From a virus (Duplodnaviria > Caudoviricetes): a stretch of DNA of 56,583 nt. Of this stretch, positions 8,453 to 19,200 are shown one piece after another (positions within the stretch are counted from its first letter, which is position 1; each line of letters starts with the position of its first letter). The stretch lies in IMG/VR virus record IMGVR_UViG_3300049182_000084, positions 1 through 56,583 of that record; one strand, given 5' to 3'. A model generated the notes under the pieces. That model was not told where the DNA came from. It saw nothing but the letters and a program-made list of their open reading frames with translations, and did not search any database. The translations under genes and the position numbers were made by a program.

Positions 8453-8974
8453 ATGACCACCAACCGAATCTTCGCCATCGACCCCGGCAGCACCCAGAGC
8501 GGCTGGCTCCTGTTCGAGGCAGGCAAGGTGCTCGACTGCGGCGTGGCCGACAACCACGACATGCTGCCGTGGATCCGGGCAGGGCAGGGCGCAGCCGTGC
8601 TCGCGATCGAGATGGCCGAGAGCTTCGGCCAGAAGGTCTGGTCCCAGGTCTTCACGACCGTGCGCTGGACCGGCCGCTTCCAGCAGGCCTGGCGCGACCC
8701 AGACGCGGTGCGCATGGTCACCCGCTCGCAGATCAAGCTGCACGTGGTCGGCAAGCGCGCGGCCAACGACCAGATGATCCGGCAGGCGCTCATCGACACG
8801 CTGGGCGCGCCGGGCACGAAGGCCAAGCCGGGCCCGACGTACGGTGTTTCCTCGCATGCATGGGCGGCGCTGGCTGTGGCGGTCACCGTCGCCGGCCTGC
8901 ACAAGCCAACCCCGCTCGAGATCGCCGCGAAGGGGCGGCAGGAGCTCGCCGAGTTCGGCATGGAGGCCGCATGA
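8453..8974 (+). CDS. RuvC-like Holliday junction resolvase
   Basis: IFAIDPGSTQSGW, LAIEMAES, C-terminal HAWAALAVA helix. Confidence 0.7.
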   Translation: MTTNRIFAIDPGSTQSGWLLFEAGKVLDCGVADNHDMLPWIRAGQGAAVLAIEMAESFGQKVWSQVFTTVRWTGRFQQAWRDPDAVRMVTRSQIKLHVVGKRAANDQMIRQALIDTLGAPGTKAKPGPTYGVSSHAWAALAVAVTVAGLHKPTPLEIAAKGRQELAEFGMEAA

Positions 8975-9153
8975 CCCAATACCCCCGCGCGCGCATTTGC
9001 CCGCCGTGCACCGACGAGTGCCAGCAGGGCCGCGATTGCCCGGCACGCGAGGAGCGCGGCCTCATGCTGATCCTCGCCGTGCTGCTCGCGTTCGCGTTCG
9101 TCGGTGTGCCGATCCTGGCGCTGGCCGCGTGGCTGGTGGGAGCGAAGCCATGA
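8971..9153 (+). CDS. Small Cys-containing membrane protein
   Basis: CPPCTDECQQGRDCP followed by a TM segment. Confidence 0.65.
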   Translation: MTQYPRARICPPCTDECQQGRDCPAREERGLMLILAVLLAFAFVGVPILALAAWLVGAKP

Positions 9154-9407
9154 GCTGCCCCGCCTGCGACCGCGCCGTCACGCACCCCCGCAGTGGCATC
9201 TACGCCGCCAACTGCCGCGGCTGCGAGGTGCGCGCCATCGCCCAGTCACCGAAGCACATCCGCGAGCAGGCCTACGCCCAGCAGCCCGAGGAGATGCGCG
9301 AGCAGTTCAAGGCCGACGTGCTGGCCGAGTTCAAGCGGATCAGTCCCGGCTACGAAAGCATCTCGTCACAGCCCACGTCGTCCAACACCACCGGCGGAGC
9401 CGCCTGA
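9150..9407 (+). CDS. Hypothetical protein with two CxxC motifs
   Basis: MSCPACDRA...NCRGCEVR; coupled. Confidence 0.65.
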   Translation: MSCPACDRAVTHPRSGIYAANCRGCEVRAIAQSPKHIREQAYAQQPEEMREQFKADVLAEFKRISPGYESISSQPTSSNTTGGAA

Positions 9408-9679
9408 TGGATGACACCGTCCTCAAGGCTGGCCGAGAACTGTTCGAGCGGCTGCTGAATGCAGCAGGCCCTGGGTTGCTCTCCGCGGCCTCGGAGAGCC
9501 CCACCTCCGAGAGCCTGGAACGACTCATTCAGGCCGTCGCGGACGAGGTCGCGAAGCAGCGGCTCTGCGTGGATTGCCGCTACACGTTGGCGAAGGCCGG
9601 ACTGCATCCGCCCACGCCGAGAACGCAGGTCGGGACGTTCCTTGGCGGCCCGGTGTTCAAGCCGGCGAGCGACGAATAG
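9407..9679 (+). CDS. Hypothetical protein
   Basis: MDDTVLKAGRELFERLL...; TGATG overlap. Confidence 0.6.
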   Translation: MDDTVLKAGRELFERLLNAAGPGLLSAASESPTSESLERLIQAVADEVAKQRLCVDCRYTLAKAGLHPPTPRTQVGTFLGGPVFKPASDE

Positions 9680-9687
9680 GGGCAGAC

Positions 9688-10005
9688 TTGACCGAAGCCG
9701 AGACCGAGCGCTGGCAGACCGTGGTCGAGGGCCTGGACGGCCTGGCTACGTCTCCGGCGCGCGGTCCTCGCGTGCGTGAGCACGTCCGTACCGGGCGGAT
9801 CGACTGGTCAGCCATGATTTTCGCGCTGGAGGCGGCCGGCATGTCCCAGCGCGAGATCGGCCAGCAGTGCGACTCCGACCAGACCTGGGTTCAGCGCCTG
9901 AAAAACATCCCTGGCACCCAGCCGAAGTTCCACAACGGCCTGCTCCTGCTGGGCCTGTGGGTGAACGCCACTGGCAAGGCCCCTGCAGAGGCACCTGTCG
10001 CCTGA
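9688..10005 (+). CDS. HTH protein, candidate late-gene activator (start uncertain)
   Basis: DWSAMIFALEAAGMSQREIGQQCDSDQTWVQRLKN is HTH-like; last gene before the first late palindrome. Confidence 0.65.
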   Translation: MTEAETERWQTVVEGLDGLATSPARGPRVREHVRTGRIDWSAMIFALEAAGMSQREIGQQCDSDQTWVQRLKNIPGTQPKFHNGLLLLGLWVNATGKAPAEAPVA

Positions 10006-10030
10006 ACCCGGCCGGCCGTGGCGCCGGCAT

Positions 10031-10069
10031 TTGATGCGGAACCGCATCGCACCCCCCAAGCATCCTGCG
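10031..10069 (+). promoter_or_regulatory. Putative late promoter 1
   Basis: TTGATGCG-GAAC-CGCATC-N12-CATCCT-GCG; same architecture at 24943 and 26134. Confidence 0.75.
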
Positions 10070-10096
10070 CCCGCCAACCCAAATGGAGCGCGCGCG

Positions 10097-10519
10097 ATGA
10101 CGAAGCAGAGTCGAACCATCCAGATGCCGGGTGCAGCCGCGCCCGAGGTGACACACCCCGCCCTGGCGGCCGGTGACGGCGCCGCTCAGGACGACCTGGC
10201 CGCGTTCGATGAGGACGACCTGCCGCAAGGCCCGGTGCCGGCCACCGCACAGATGACGCCCGAGCTATCGGCGCTCGTGCAGCGCATGATCGCCGAGGGC
10301 GTCGCCGCCGAACTGGCCGCAGCTAAGCACGACGCGGCTCAACCCAAGGCGCCTGCCGAACGTCTGCCGACGTGGCAGGAGGCCGCCGCCGCGGCGGAAA
10401 GGTCGGTGCGAGATGGTGTCCGCCCCCGTTCGGTCCTGACCAGCGACGGCTGGTATGTCCACCCCGAGCTGGCCCGGGTCAAGGACTCCGGCGTCGCCCG
10501 GCTGATGGTCGAGGCCTGA
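10097..10519 (+). CDS. Hypothetical late protein
   Basis: First gene after late promoter 1; GGAG upstream; C-terminal VLTSDGWYVHP. Confidence 0.75.
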   Translation: MTKQSRTIQMPGAAAPEVTHPALAAGDGAAQDDLAAFDEDDLPQGPVPATAQMTPELSALVQRMIAEGVAAELAAAKHDAAQPKAPAERLPTWQEAAAAAERSVRDGVRPRSVLTSDGWYVHPELARVKDSGVARLMVEA

Positions 10520-10523
10520 CGCC

Positions 10524-10838
10524 ATGTGCTTCACCGCCGGCCTTGCAGCACTGGGATCCCTCGCGTCCGCGGCGGCGCCGATCATCAGCGCGGTCGGCGG
10601 AACCCTGGGCATCGTCAATGCGGTGAAGGGGCTCAAGGGGCAGAAGGAAATCGCCGGCCCGAGCGCGGCGGATCAGCAGGCCGCCGTCGATGCGCGCGCC
10701 ACGCAGAGCTCGAACGCACGGCTGGCGGCGCGCAAAAGGGCGCTCGCGTCGAGCTCGCTGCTCACGGGCAGCAGCGGAAGCAGCGATGTCATGAGCAGCG
10801 GCGTCCTGCAGGGCGGTCGCGCCACCCTGGGGGGCTAG
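10524..10838 (+). CDS. Small putative virion protein
   Basis: MCFTAGLAALG...RATLGG, the MC...TLG pattern common before podovirus portals. Confidence 0.7.
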   Translation: MCFTAGLAALGSLASAAAPIISAVGGTLGIVNAVKGLKGQKEIAGPSAADQQAAVDARATQSSNARLAARKRALASSSLLTGSSGSSDVMSSGVLQGGRATLGG

Positions 10839-10842
10839 GCGT

Positions 10843-12444
10843 GTGGCAGTCGATCCCCAGAAGCTCGCCGCCCGTCTCAATGCACTGAAGGGCCAGCGCT
10901 CCACGCACGAGAACACCTGGCGCGAGTGCTTCGAGTACTCCGTCCCCATGCTGGCCAGCGGCTTCAACGGCCAGGTCCTCAACGCAGGCGAGATCCAGAC
11001 GCAGAAGGCCAAGCTGCTCGACAGCACTGCCGCTGACGCCATGCAGACAGGCGCCGACGGCTTCATGGGTGGCATCACCCCCGCGAACAGCCGCTGGTTC
11101 GGCATCGACATCGGCCAGGAGTCCACAGAGGAGCGCCGGTGGCTGGATGAGGCCGCCGACTTCATCTTTGAGAACATCCACGCCTCGAACTTCGACGCCG
11201 AAGCGTACGACGCAATGAAGTACCTGCTCGGCGCGGGCTGGTTCTGCCTCTACGAGGACGAGGCGCCGGGTGGGGGCTACTACTTCGAGAACTGGCCCAT
11301 CAGCCAGTGCTACCTCGCGAGTTCACGCCAAGGCGGACGCATCGACACCTGCTACCGTGAGTACGAGGTGACGGCTGCGACCCTGGTGGCCGAGCGCGGC
11401 CGCGACAAGGTCAGCCCGCAAGTCCGCCAGATGGTGGACAACGGCAAGCAGGACGAAATGGTCCAGATGCTCTGGGCCATCGAACCGCGCGTGGGCTACC
11501 TGCCGGGCAGCACCATCTCGACCAACCTCCCGTTCGCCTCCTGCAAGATGGAGGTGGCCACCAAGCACATCGTCAGCGAGAGCGGGTACCACGAGTTCCC
11601 GGTGATCTGCCCTCGGTGGACGCGCATCCCGGGCAGCGTCTACGCGCTGGGCCCGATGTCCGACGCGCTGCCGGATGTAAAGAGTCTCAACGAGGTCAAG
11701 CGCTGGGAGTTCGCGGCAGCCGAGACGGTCATCGCGCCGCCGCTGAAGGTCGTCGACGACGGCGTCATCAACCCGCGCCTGGTCAAGCTCGGGCCGCGCA
11801 AGGTCCTGGTGTGCGCCGACCCCGACAACATCGCGCCGCTCATCACTGGCGCCAAGGTCGAGTTCGGCCAGCTGATGGTCAGCGAGCTGCAGACCAGCGT
11901 GCGCCGCTCGCTGATGGCAGACCTGTTCGACAAGCTGCTCAACGACCCGCGGATGACCGCGACTCAGGTGCACGCGATCGTCGGCGTCTTGCGTCAGCGC
12001 ATGGGCCCGCGGTTCGGCCGACTGCAGGCCGAGTATCTGCAGCCGCTGGTCGAGCGCTCCTATGGGCTCGCCTACCGCGCCGGCATGCTGGGGCAGCCGC
12101 CGGAATCCATGCGAGACCGCGACTACACCGTCAAGTACCTGTCGCCGCTGGCGCGCGCCCAGAAGCTCGAGGACGTGTCCGCGATGCAGATGCACGAGCA
12201 GGACCTGCTCCTGCAGATGCAGGCCAATCCCACCCTGGCCGACACCTACGACTGGGACGAGGCCGCGCGCCACAAGGCCGAGCTGCGCGGCGTGCCGCTC
12301 AAGCTCATCCCCGACGCGAAGAAGGTGGCCGCCGTGCGCGACCAGCGCGCCGAGGCGCAGGCGGCAGCGCAGGAGGCCGTGGCCCAGCAGGCCCTTGCCG
12401 TGAAGGCCGGCGAGGCCGCGATCGATGCTTCGGTGCAGACATGA
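10843..12444 (+). CDS. Portal / head-tail connector (T7 gp8-like family)
   Basis: 533 aa; LLDSTA, ITPANSRWF, PRWTRIPGSVYALGP, MTATQV, YLSPLARAQK. Confidence 0.92.
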   Translation: MAVDPQKLAARLNALKGQRSTHENTWRECFEYSVPMLASGFNGQVLNAGEIQTQKAKLLDSTAADAMQTGADGFMGGITPANSRWFGIDIGQESTEERRWLDEAADFIFENIHASNFDAEAYDAMKYLLGAGWFCLYEDEAPGGGYYFENWPISQCYLASSRQGGRIDTCYREYEVTAATLVAERGRDKVSPQVRQMVDNGKQDEMVQMLWAIEPRVGYLPGSTISTNLPFASCKMEVATKHIVSESGYHEFPVICPRWTRIPGSVYALGPMSDALPDVKSLNEVKRWEFAAAETVIAPPLKVVDDGVINPRLVKLGPRKVLVCADPDNIAPLITGAKVEFGQLMVSELQTSVRRSLMADLFDKLLNDPRMTATQVHAIVGVLRQRMGPRFGRLQAEYLQPLVERSYGLAYRAGMLGQPPESMRDRDYTVKYLSPLARAQKLEDVSAMQMHEQDLLLQMQANPTLADTYDWDEAARHKAELRGVPLKLIPDAKKVAAVRDQRAEAQAAAQEAVAQQALAVKAGEAAIDASVQT

Positions 12445-13592
12445 GCGCGCGCAACCTCACCGCTGACGGATACCTGGCGCGGCAGGCCAACACCTCCCGG
12501 GTCTGGCACGACCCGGATGGGCAGCTGCGCGACGACAACGGCAACGTGTTGCTCATCACAATGAACAGCGCTGCCGTCACCATCAACGTGCCGGCGGACT
12601 ACCCAACGATCCAGGCCGCGCTCGCATCGCTTGACGGCAAGCCATTGGGAAGCCATCTGGTGACGATCCAGGTTGCGGACGGCGACTACACGTACACCAG
12701 CGCGGTAGAGGCGGGGCACCCCGACGGCGACAACATCCAGATCATCGGCAACGTCGCCAGCCCGGCAGCTTGCAAGATCACCTTCCAGAACTGCGAAGGC
12801 TTCGTCGCGTATCGCGGCAACAGTCTGCGACTGATCGACGGCTTCACTGTCGAGTCCGACCGCTGGACGTCGCACGGCGTGTGGGCCTCGACGGGGCACT
12901 CTGGATTCCGCGCGAGCCGCGGCGGCAGCCTCACCGTCGGCGGGAACGTCGTGGTCAACAAGTTCTACTACGGTGTCCAGGCGGACGGTGGCGGCAACTT
13001 GTTCTTGACGACGGGCTTCCAGTGCGCGGAGGCTGGTGACGTTGGGGTGTTCGCGTTCGATGGCGGTTCGATCGTCGCTGGAACGATCACCGTGACGCTG
13101 GCCAAGGATACCGCGAACGGTCTCGGCTTCGGAATCATGGCCGAGGACGGCGGGTCTGTGTACGCCAACGGCGCCACCTGCACGAGCAACAGCATCGCAG
13201 GCATCGCCGCGAAGTCGGGCGGCTGCGTCATCGCGAAGACATCCACGTGCAACAGCAACGGCGCCGGCGTCCTGGCCGACAGCAACGGTGTCGTCGAGTG
13301 CAACGGCACGACCTGCTCGAGCAACACGAACCAGGGGTTCCTCGCCGATCTGAACGGTTCCATTACAGCCGGCAGTTGCACGGCGAGCAGCAACGGGCAG
13401 GGCTTCATGGCGCGGCGCCGCGGGTTCATCGACGCCCGCAACGCGTCCGCGACCGGCAACACCAACGAGGGCTTCCTCGCAACGATCTGCGCCTGCATCG
13501 CCGCGGCCGGAACCACATCGACGACGAACGGCACCGCCTATAGCCCGGCCGCGAACACGCTGGGCAATGAGCAGAGCTACATCGACACCTGA
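12441..13592 (+). CDS. Right-handed beta-helix protein (spike/fibre-like, 383 aa)
   Basis: TINVPADYPTIQAAL...TIQVADGDY cap, then about 22-aa repeats of the type TCSSNTNQGFLADLNGSI. Confidence 0.75.
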   Translation: MSARNLTADGYLARQANTSRVWHDPDGQLRDDNGNVLLITMNSAAVTINVPADYPTIQAALASLDGKPLGSHLVTIQVADGDYTYTSAVEAGHPDGDNIQIIGNVASPAACKITFQNCEGFVAYRGNSLRLIDGFTVESDRWTSHGVWASTGHSGFRASRGGSLTVGGNVVVNKFYYGVQADGGGNLFLTTGFQCAEAGDVGVFAFDGGSIVAGTITVTLAKDTANGLGFGIMAEDGGSVYANGATCTSNSIAGIAAKSGGCVIAKTSTCNSNGAGVLADSNGVVECNGTTCSSNTNQGFLADLNGSITAGSCTASSNGQGFMARRRGFIDARNASATGNTNEGFLATICACIAAAGTTSTTNGTAYSPAANTLGNEQSYIDT

Positions 13593-13613
13593 TATGAACA
13601 GCAGGAGCGGGAC

Positions 13614-16190
13614 ATGCCGATCAACGCAACACTGAGCTCTGACGGGTGGCACGTTCCACCGATCACGTCCCTTGGTGGGGGCGTTCAGGTTTCTGCCGGC
13701 ACCAACATCGCGAGCACGGGCACGGCCCTGTTCTCTAACAGCAACGGCATCACGTTCGGCATGAACACCAACAACGTGGTGACCGCGAGCGTCGCGGGTA
13801 CCGTGGCGGGTGGTTCGGCGAACGTCAACCTGTCGGCCGGCACGACGTCGAACGCGTCCAGCGCCTTCACGTTCTCGAACAGCAACGGGGTGTCCTTCGG
13901 GCTCAACGCAGGGACGATCACGGCGAGCCACAACGGTCTTACGACCGCTGCACAGTCGAACCACTCCCACGGGAATCCGAGCCTCGCGCTGACCAACCTG
14001 TCCGGAACCACCGCGTCGGCGAGCAATGGCTTGACGCTCTCGCTGGCCGCTGCTGCCTTGGCCCTGTCCGCTGCCGGCGGGTCGGCCAGCGCGGGCACGA
14101 TGGTCCTGAGCGACAGCAACGGCATCAGCTTCGGCGCCAACGGCTCGACCATCACCGCCTCGCACAACGGCCTGACCACCGCGGCGCAGAGCAACCACAG
14201 TCACGGCAACCCGACCCTGGCGCTCACGAACCTGAGCGGAACGACGGCCAGCGCGAGCAACGGGCTCACACTGTCGCTATCGGCTGCGGCCCAATCGAAT
14301 CAGGTCATCAGCGCCTACGCGGTGTCGAACACCACGCAGGGAACGTCCGGCACCATCGACGCCCGCAGCCTGAGCGTGCACGGCGCCGGCGCAGCGTCCG
14401 TCGGTGTGAGCAACGGCTCGCTGGTCGTGAGCGTGCAGGCCGGCGCCCAGAGCAACCAGACGATGGGCCTGTACGGCTCCTCGCAGACGACCGGCCAATC
14501 CTCAAGCAGCACCGTCGATGCGCGCAGCCTGACGATCGCCGGCATGGGCGGCGTGTCGGTCGGCATGTCTGCCGGCTCGCTGGTGATCTCGGGCAACACC
14601 GGAGGCGGCGCTGGCGGGGCCGCGGTGTCCGCTGGCACGCAGTCGGTCAACACCGGAACGGTGGTCTGGTCGAACTCGAACGGCGTCAGCTTCGGCATGT
14701 CGGGCTCGTCGCGCGTCACGGCGAGCTTTGCGCTCAGCAACCAGGCGATCAGCGCGTTCGCGGTCTCGAACACGACGCAGTCGACATCGGGCACGGTCAA
14801 CGTGTCCGCCATGTCAATCCAGGCGAACGGCCTGGTCTCGGCAGGCATCTCGAACGGCTCCATCGTCATCTCCGCCCCCGACACGACAAGCTTCGCGCCG
14901 CTGTCCGTGGGCTTCTCGACGGGCGGCAATACGGCCGGGGATACCGGATTCGGCACCGACCGTGTGGTGTTTGTCGGCGGCGCCAACGTCACGCTGTCGG
15001 GCTCCACGAACGGCGGCTCGCAGACCATCAGCGTGATCGGTGCAGCAGCTGCGGCCGGTGTGGCCCAGGCCGGCGGCACGCAGACCGCGACGTCCGGCAC
15101 GGTGGTGTTCTCCAACTCGAACGGCATCTCGTTCGGTCTCTCGGGGTCCACCCGGATGACCGCCAGCTTCGCCCTGAGCAATCAGGTCGTCAGTGCTTAC
15201 GCCGTGAGCAACACGACGCAGAGCACAACCGGCACAGTCAACGTGTCGGCGATGTCCTTCCACGGCGCCGGCGGCGTATCAGTGGGCGTCTCAAACGGCT
15301 CGGTGGTCATTTCCGGTGGTGCCGCGGCAGGCGGCTACTCCGCAGGCTTGTCGAACATCGGCAACACGGCAGGCGATACGGGCGTCGTCACCGGCCGGCT
15401 GGTGCTGGCCGGCCTGAACGCCACGCTGTCGGGCTCGACCAACGGCGGCAGCATGACGGCCACCCTGAGTGTGCCGGCCACCTCCAGCCTGTCGGGCACT
15501 GGGCTGCTGTCGATCGCGACGAACGGCAGCACGATCAGCATGGGCGTGCCGGGCGACACGATGTCACGCTACGGCTGGCCGCCCGCGCAGGCGATGAACA
15601 TCAGTTCCAGCGCCAACGCGAACAGCATCTACTCGCTGCAGTATGTGAGCGTGCAGGCGCCGATTGCCTTCACGCGCATGGACGTGCCGCTGCTGGTCTC
15701 GCTGAACACTGCAGCGCAGTCGAACACCGCGGCCGTGGCGTTGTCGGCCATGCTGGTGCTGTACTCGCGCACTGGCTCTACGATGAACCCGATCGTGGGC
15801 GCCAGCGCCTCGTCGACCTTCTCGTGGGCATCGAACTCGTCGAACTTTGACCGCGTGAGCGGCGGGCGCAACCTGAGCTTCGGCATCGCCTCCACGCTGA
15901 CGCCGGGCGAGTATTACGCCGGCCTGTACCTGAGCACGACCTCGGGCATCAGCAGCGGCGCCGCGACGACTGCGCTGGATGCCACCTTCTCCGTGATGTT
16001 CGGCAGCACCTTCAGCGCGAGCGTCATCGGCGCCTTCAACGTCGCCACGGCGAACGGCCAGGGGCCGCTCATGCTGGGCGTGCTGAGCTCCGTTCCGACG
16101 AACACCTCGCAGTCGGTGCAGTCGAGCCAGTTCACCGTGACCGGCACGGCGGTGCGAGCCAACGTTCCGCTGCTGTTCCGCAACTACTGA
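13614..16190 (+). CDS. Long Ser/Thr/Gly/Ala-rich repetitive fibre-like protein (858 aa)
   Basis: Repeats FSNSNG(I/V)SFG, SNTTQxTxGTxxxxxxSxxGxGxxSVGxSNGS and GNTAGDTG; non-repetitive C-terminal region of about 200 aa; no Lys or Cys and one Glu by my reading. Confidence 0.8.
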   Translation: MPINATLSSDGWHVPPITSLGGGVQVSAGTNIASTGTALFSNSNGITFGMNTNNVVTASVAGTVAGGSANVNLSAGTTSNASSAFTFSNSNGVSFGLNAGTITASHNGLTTAAQSNHSHGNPSLALTNLSGTTASASNGLTLSLAAAALALSAAGGSASAGTMVLSDSNGISFGANGSTITASHNGLTTAAQSNHSHGNPTLALTNLSGTTASASNGLTLSLSAAAQSNQVISAYAVSNTTQGTSGTIDARSLSVHGAGAASVGVSNGSLVVSVQAGAQSNQTMGLYGSSQTTGQSSSSTVDARSLTIAGMGGVSVGMSAGSLVISGNTGGGAGGAAVSAGTQSVNTGTVVWSNSNGVSFGMSGSSRVTASFALSNQAISAFAVSNTTQSTSGTVNVSAMSIQANGLVSAGISNGSIVISAPDTTSFAPLSVGFSTGGNTAGDTGFGTDRVVFVGGANVTLSGSTNGGSQTISVIGAAAAAGVAQAGGTQTATSGTVVFSNSNGISFGLSGSTRMTASFALSNQVVSAYAVSNTTQSTTGTVNVSAMSFHGAGGVSVGVSNGSVVISGGAAAGGYSAGLSNIGNTAGDTGVVTGRLVLAGLNATLSGSTNGGSMTATLSVPATSSLSGTGLLSIATNGSTISMGVPGDTMSRYGWPPAQAMNISSSANANSIYSLQYVSVQAPIAFTRMDVPLLVSLNTAAQSNTAAVALSAMLVLYSRTGSTMNPIVGASASSTFSWASNSSNFDRVSGGRNLSFGIASTLTPGEYYAGLYLSTTSGISSGAATTALDATFSVMFGSTFSASVIGAFNVATANGQGPLMLGVLSSVPTNTSQSVQSSQFTVTGTAVRANVPLLFRNY

Positions 16191-16200
16191 TCAGAGCGCG

Positions 16201-19200
16201 ATGGCTCTGTGCGTCATCAACGGGCGGGTGGTCAAGCGCGGCGGCGGCCTGCTGTCGCGTGGTGGAGGTGGCGGTGGTGGTGGCGCTGCCCTGACTTCAT
16301 TCACCCTCAAGAGCGCCGCAGCCAGCGGCAGCCAGCCGTTCTCCATCGGCTTCACGTTGGCGAAGGGCGCGGCTACCAACGTCACCACCGACCTTCCAGG
16401 CGGCGCCTATCAAGCCAAGGTGATGACGCAGTGGAGCGACGGCAGCGCGAACCATGTGGTCGTCAGCGGCGACTACAGCGCGACGCAGAACGCCACGCTG
16501 ACGGTGAACGTCACCAGCGGCACGCCGCCGACCGGAACGGCGCTCGCTCACGCCGACATTGTGTCAGCAGCGCCGACATCGGTGGTTGACTGCGGCGCCT
16601 TCGGCTCGGCCAGCCTTGCCACTCGCCTTGCCGCAGGCGCGCCTGATGTTGTGCTGCTGGCTGGGCATCGAATGATCGAGGCGTGGTATCGCGCCGACAT
16701 CGGAAGCGACATCCATTGCACTTGGTACGTGAAGTTGTGGGCCAGTGGCCGCATGCACGTCGATGTGATGGTGGAGAACGGCTTCCTAGACAACGGCTCG
16801 GGCGCGCTTTGGACCAACACGACGCGCTCGTACACAGCCAACATCACCATTGGCGGCTCCACCGTCCTGAATACCGCGGTTACGCACTACGGCCACCAGC
16901 GCTACTACGCGCACGGCTGGATCGGCGGCGATCCGCAGATGACGCGGCTGCACGACACGGGCGACATCATGGCGTCGAAGATGACGCCGAACTACCCGTA
17001 TGGGCCGGTTGACAGCGCATCTCTTGACGCACTGGACCGCTCGTATGTGGTGCTGGACAAGGGTCCGCACGAGGAGAACATGGGCGGCACCGGTTCTGCG
17101 CCAGCCATTGGCTTGTTGCCGAACTGGTGCGCCGCGTACCTCACAACGCCGGATGCGCGCTCGTTCGATGCAGTCATCGTTGGATCGCTGTCCGTCAACT
17201 CGTATCCGATCAGTTGGAGAACGAAGACCACAAAGGAGGCGGCGCCGCTGCTGTCTGGGACGGGCAACTTCGGGAACTGGACCGCCGACGGTCCGAATCA
17301 GGGCGGCAATACGGTTCAGGGTGCCGGCTCGCTGATCTGGGATCAGGCTCACCACCCGTGCGAAGGGTACCTAGCGTACCTAATCACGGGCGACGGCATC
17401 CACCTTGAAACGCTCATCATGCAGGCGGGTCTGTGCTTCCTGCAGCGCCCGTCGTCACATGGTACCGGCACCGCGCGCCTTCTGAGCGACCAGATCCGCG
17501 GCTACGCGTGGTCGCTGCGCACGATCTGCCTGTACGGCGCGATCACGCCGACGGCAATGAAGGGGTCGGGCACGCCGGCTCACCAGTTCCGCACCCTCAT
17601 CGAGAACAACTACGCATCGCTGAAGACATCGCTACTCAGCGGCGACACGAAGGCATGGAGTGGGCTTGGGTTCGTCAACGACTACGGCGGCAACGGCTCC
17701 CAGGACGGATGGGACTACCCGGCCGACACCGTCGCCCCATACACGGGCTCTATACCACCATGGCAAGGCGACTTCTTTGTGGCCGTCAACGGCTTCGTCT
17801 CTGAGGTTGAGCCGTGCGACAGCACGACGGATTTGATCCTCGTGCGCAACCGGATGTACCGGTGGACGATCGGGCGCCTTGGTGCGTCTGGACGATCGAG
17901 TGAATACGACTTCACGCGGGCGGCGAGCTACGGCCTGAAGGCGGCCACTGACGGCACTGGCGGGACGTGGTATCAGGGGTTCGGGAAGTTGTTCGAGGAG
18001 AGCTACGGCGCTCTGAACACGACCGCAACGAACACGCTGCAGGGTACATCCGGCTCTGCTCCATCGACGCCGAACGGCTACTGGGGCAACCTGACGCCTG
18101 CCATTGCTTACGCGGTGGATCACAAGGCGCCAGGAGCGCGGGCAGCTTACCGTCGCCTGACCGGTGCCACGAACTGGTCAACCGTCACCGGCACGTTCAC
18201 GAACAACCCGGTGTGGGGCGTCGCCCCGCGCAATGCGCAGTTCACGCCTAGCACCTGGAGCCTGCCGGCTGCCGGCCAATCGGTGCTCATCGGCAGCAAC
18301 ACGCCGAACAGCGTTCGACCCAGCGCGTACACGTCGGGACAGTTCTCCCAGGCGACGTTTGGCAGCTTCTCCAGCGGCGTATTCAACCCGTGGTACAGCC
18401 GGACAGGCGCGTACGAAATCTCCAACACCGGCGGCCACAACAACCTGTACTTCCAGGGCTCGGTCATCTTCGACCTGGAGCAAGCGACGCCGGCCTGGGC
18501 ACTACAGGACAACGCCAACGGGGTTGCCTATCAACCCGGACCGGTCGGCGTTTCGGCCACCAACGGATCGCCGTACTACGAGTACACCGGCACGCAAATG
18601 CCGCTCGCGGGGCACACCTACGCCTCGATGATCTCGATTCAGCAGGGCAACAAGGGTTCGCTGCTGTGGGTGACGCGGGGAGCGACAGCGAACGAGTCGG
18701 TGGCCGCTCCGACCGTCCACGTCATGGATGCCGAGACTGGCCTCTGGTCGCGCATGGCGAGCGTCTCACTCGCCGACCACGCGATGGTTGAAGGCTCTGG
18801 CGCCTACGACCCGAATACGCACCGCTACTACGTTTCGAACAGCCAGTTCTGGAGCAACAACTTTGTCGCGTACCTGCGCGGCTCGGACAACACGGCGCAG
18901 ACCTACTCCCTGAGCGGCTTCCCGCCGAGCGGGACGAACTACACGAAGATGTTCCTGTTCCCGGAGCGGCGGCTGATGCTGTGGGTCGACGCCGCAGGGC
19001 TCGTGTTTGGCTTGGATCTGACGCAGGCTCCTGGCGCCACCAACATCGTGCAGCTGACCACGTCTGGCGCATTCGCATCCAACAACGGCCAGTCGCAGTG
19101 GCGCTGGGACATGGGGAAAGGCAAGTTCGTCCAAAAGCCCGGATGGACTGGCGACGTGGTCAACACGCTCACGCCCCCGAACGACCGATCGCTTGGCACC

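Noticed and set aside
11616-12440. 658-aa version of the beta-helix gene in the ORF track
   Set aside because: The extension overlaps the portal gene out of frame and is Arg/Pro-rich noise; ATG 12441 overlaps the portal stop.
13614-16190. Enrichment of N-x-S/T sequons in the fibre
   Set aside because: About 24 counted by hand, roughly what the high Ser/Thr content would give by chance; not evidence for N-glycosylation.
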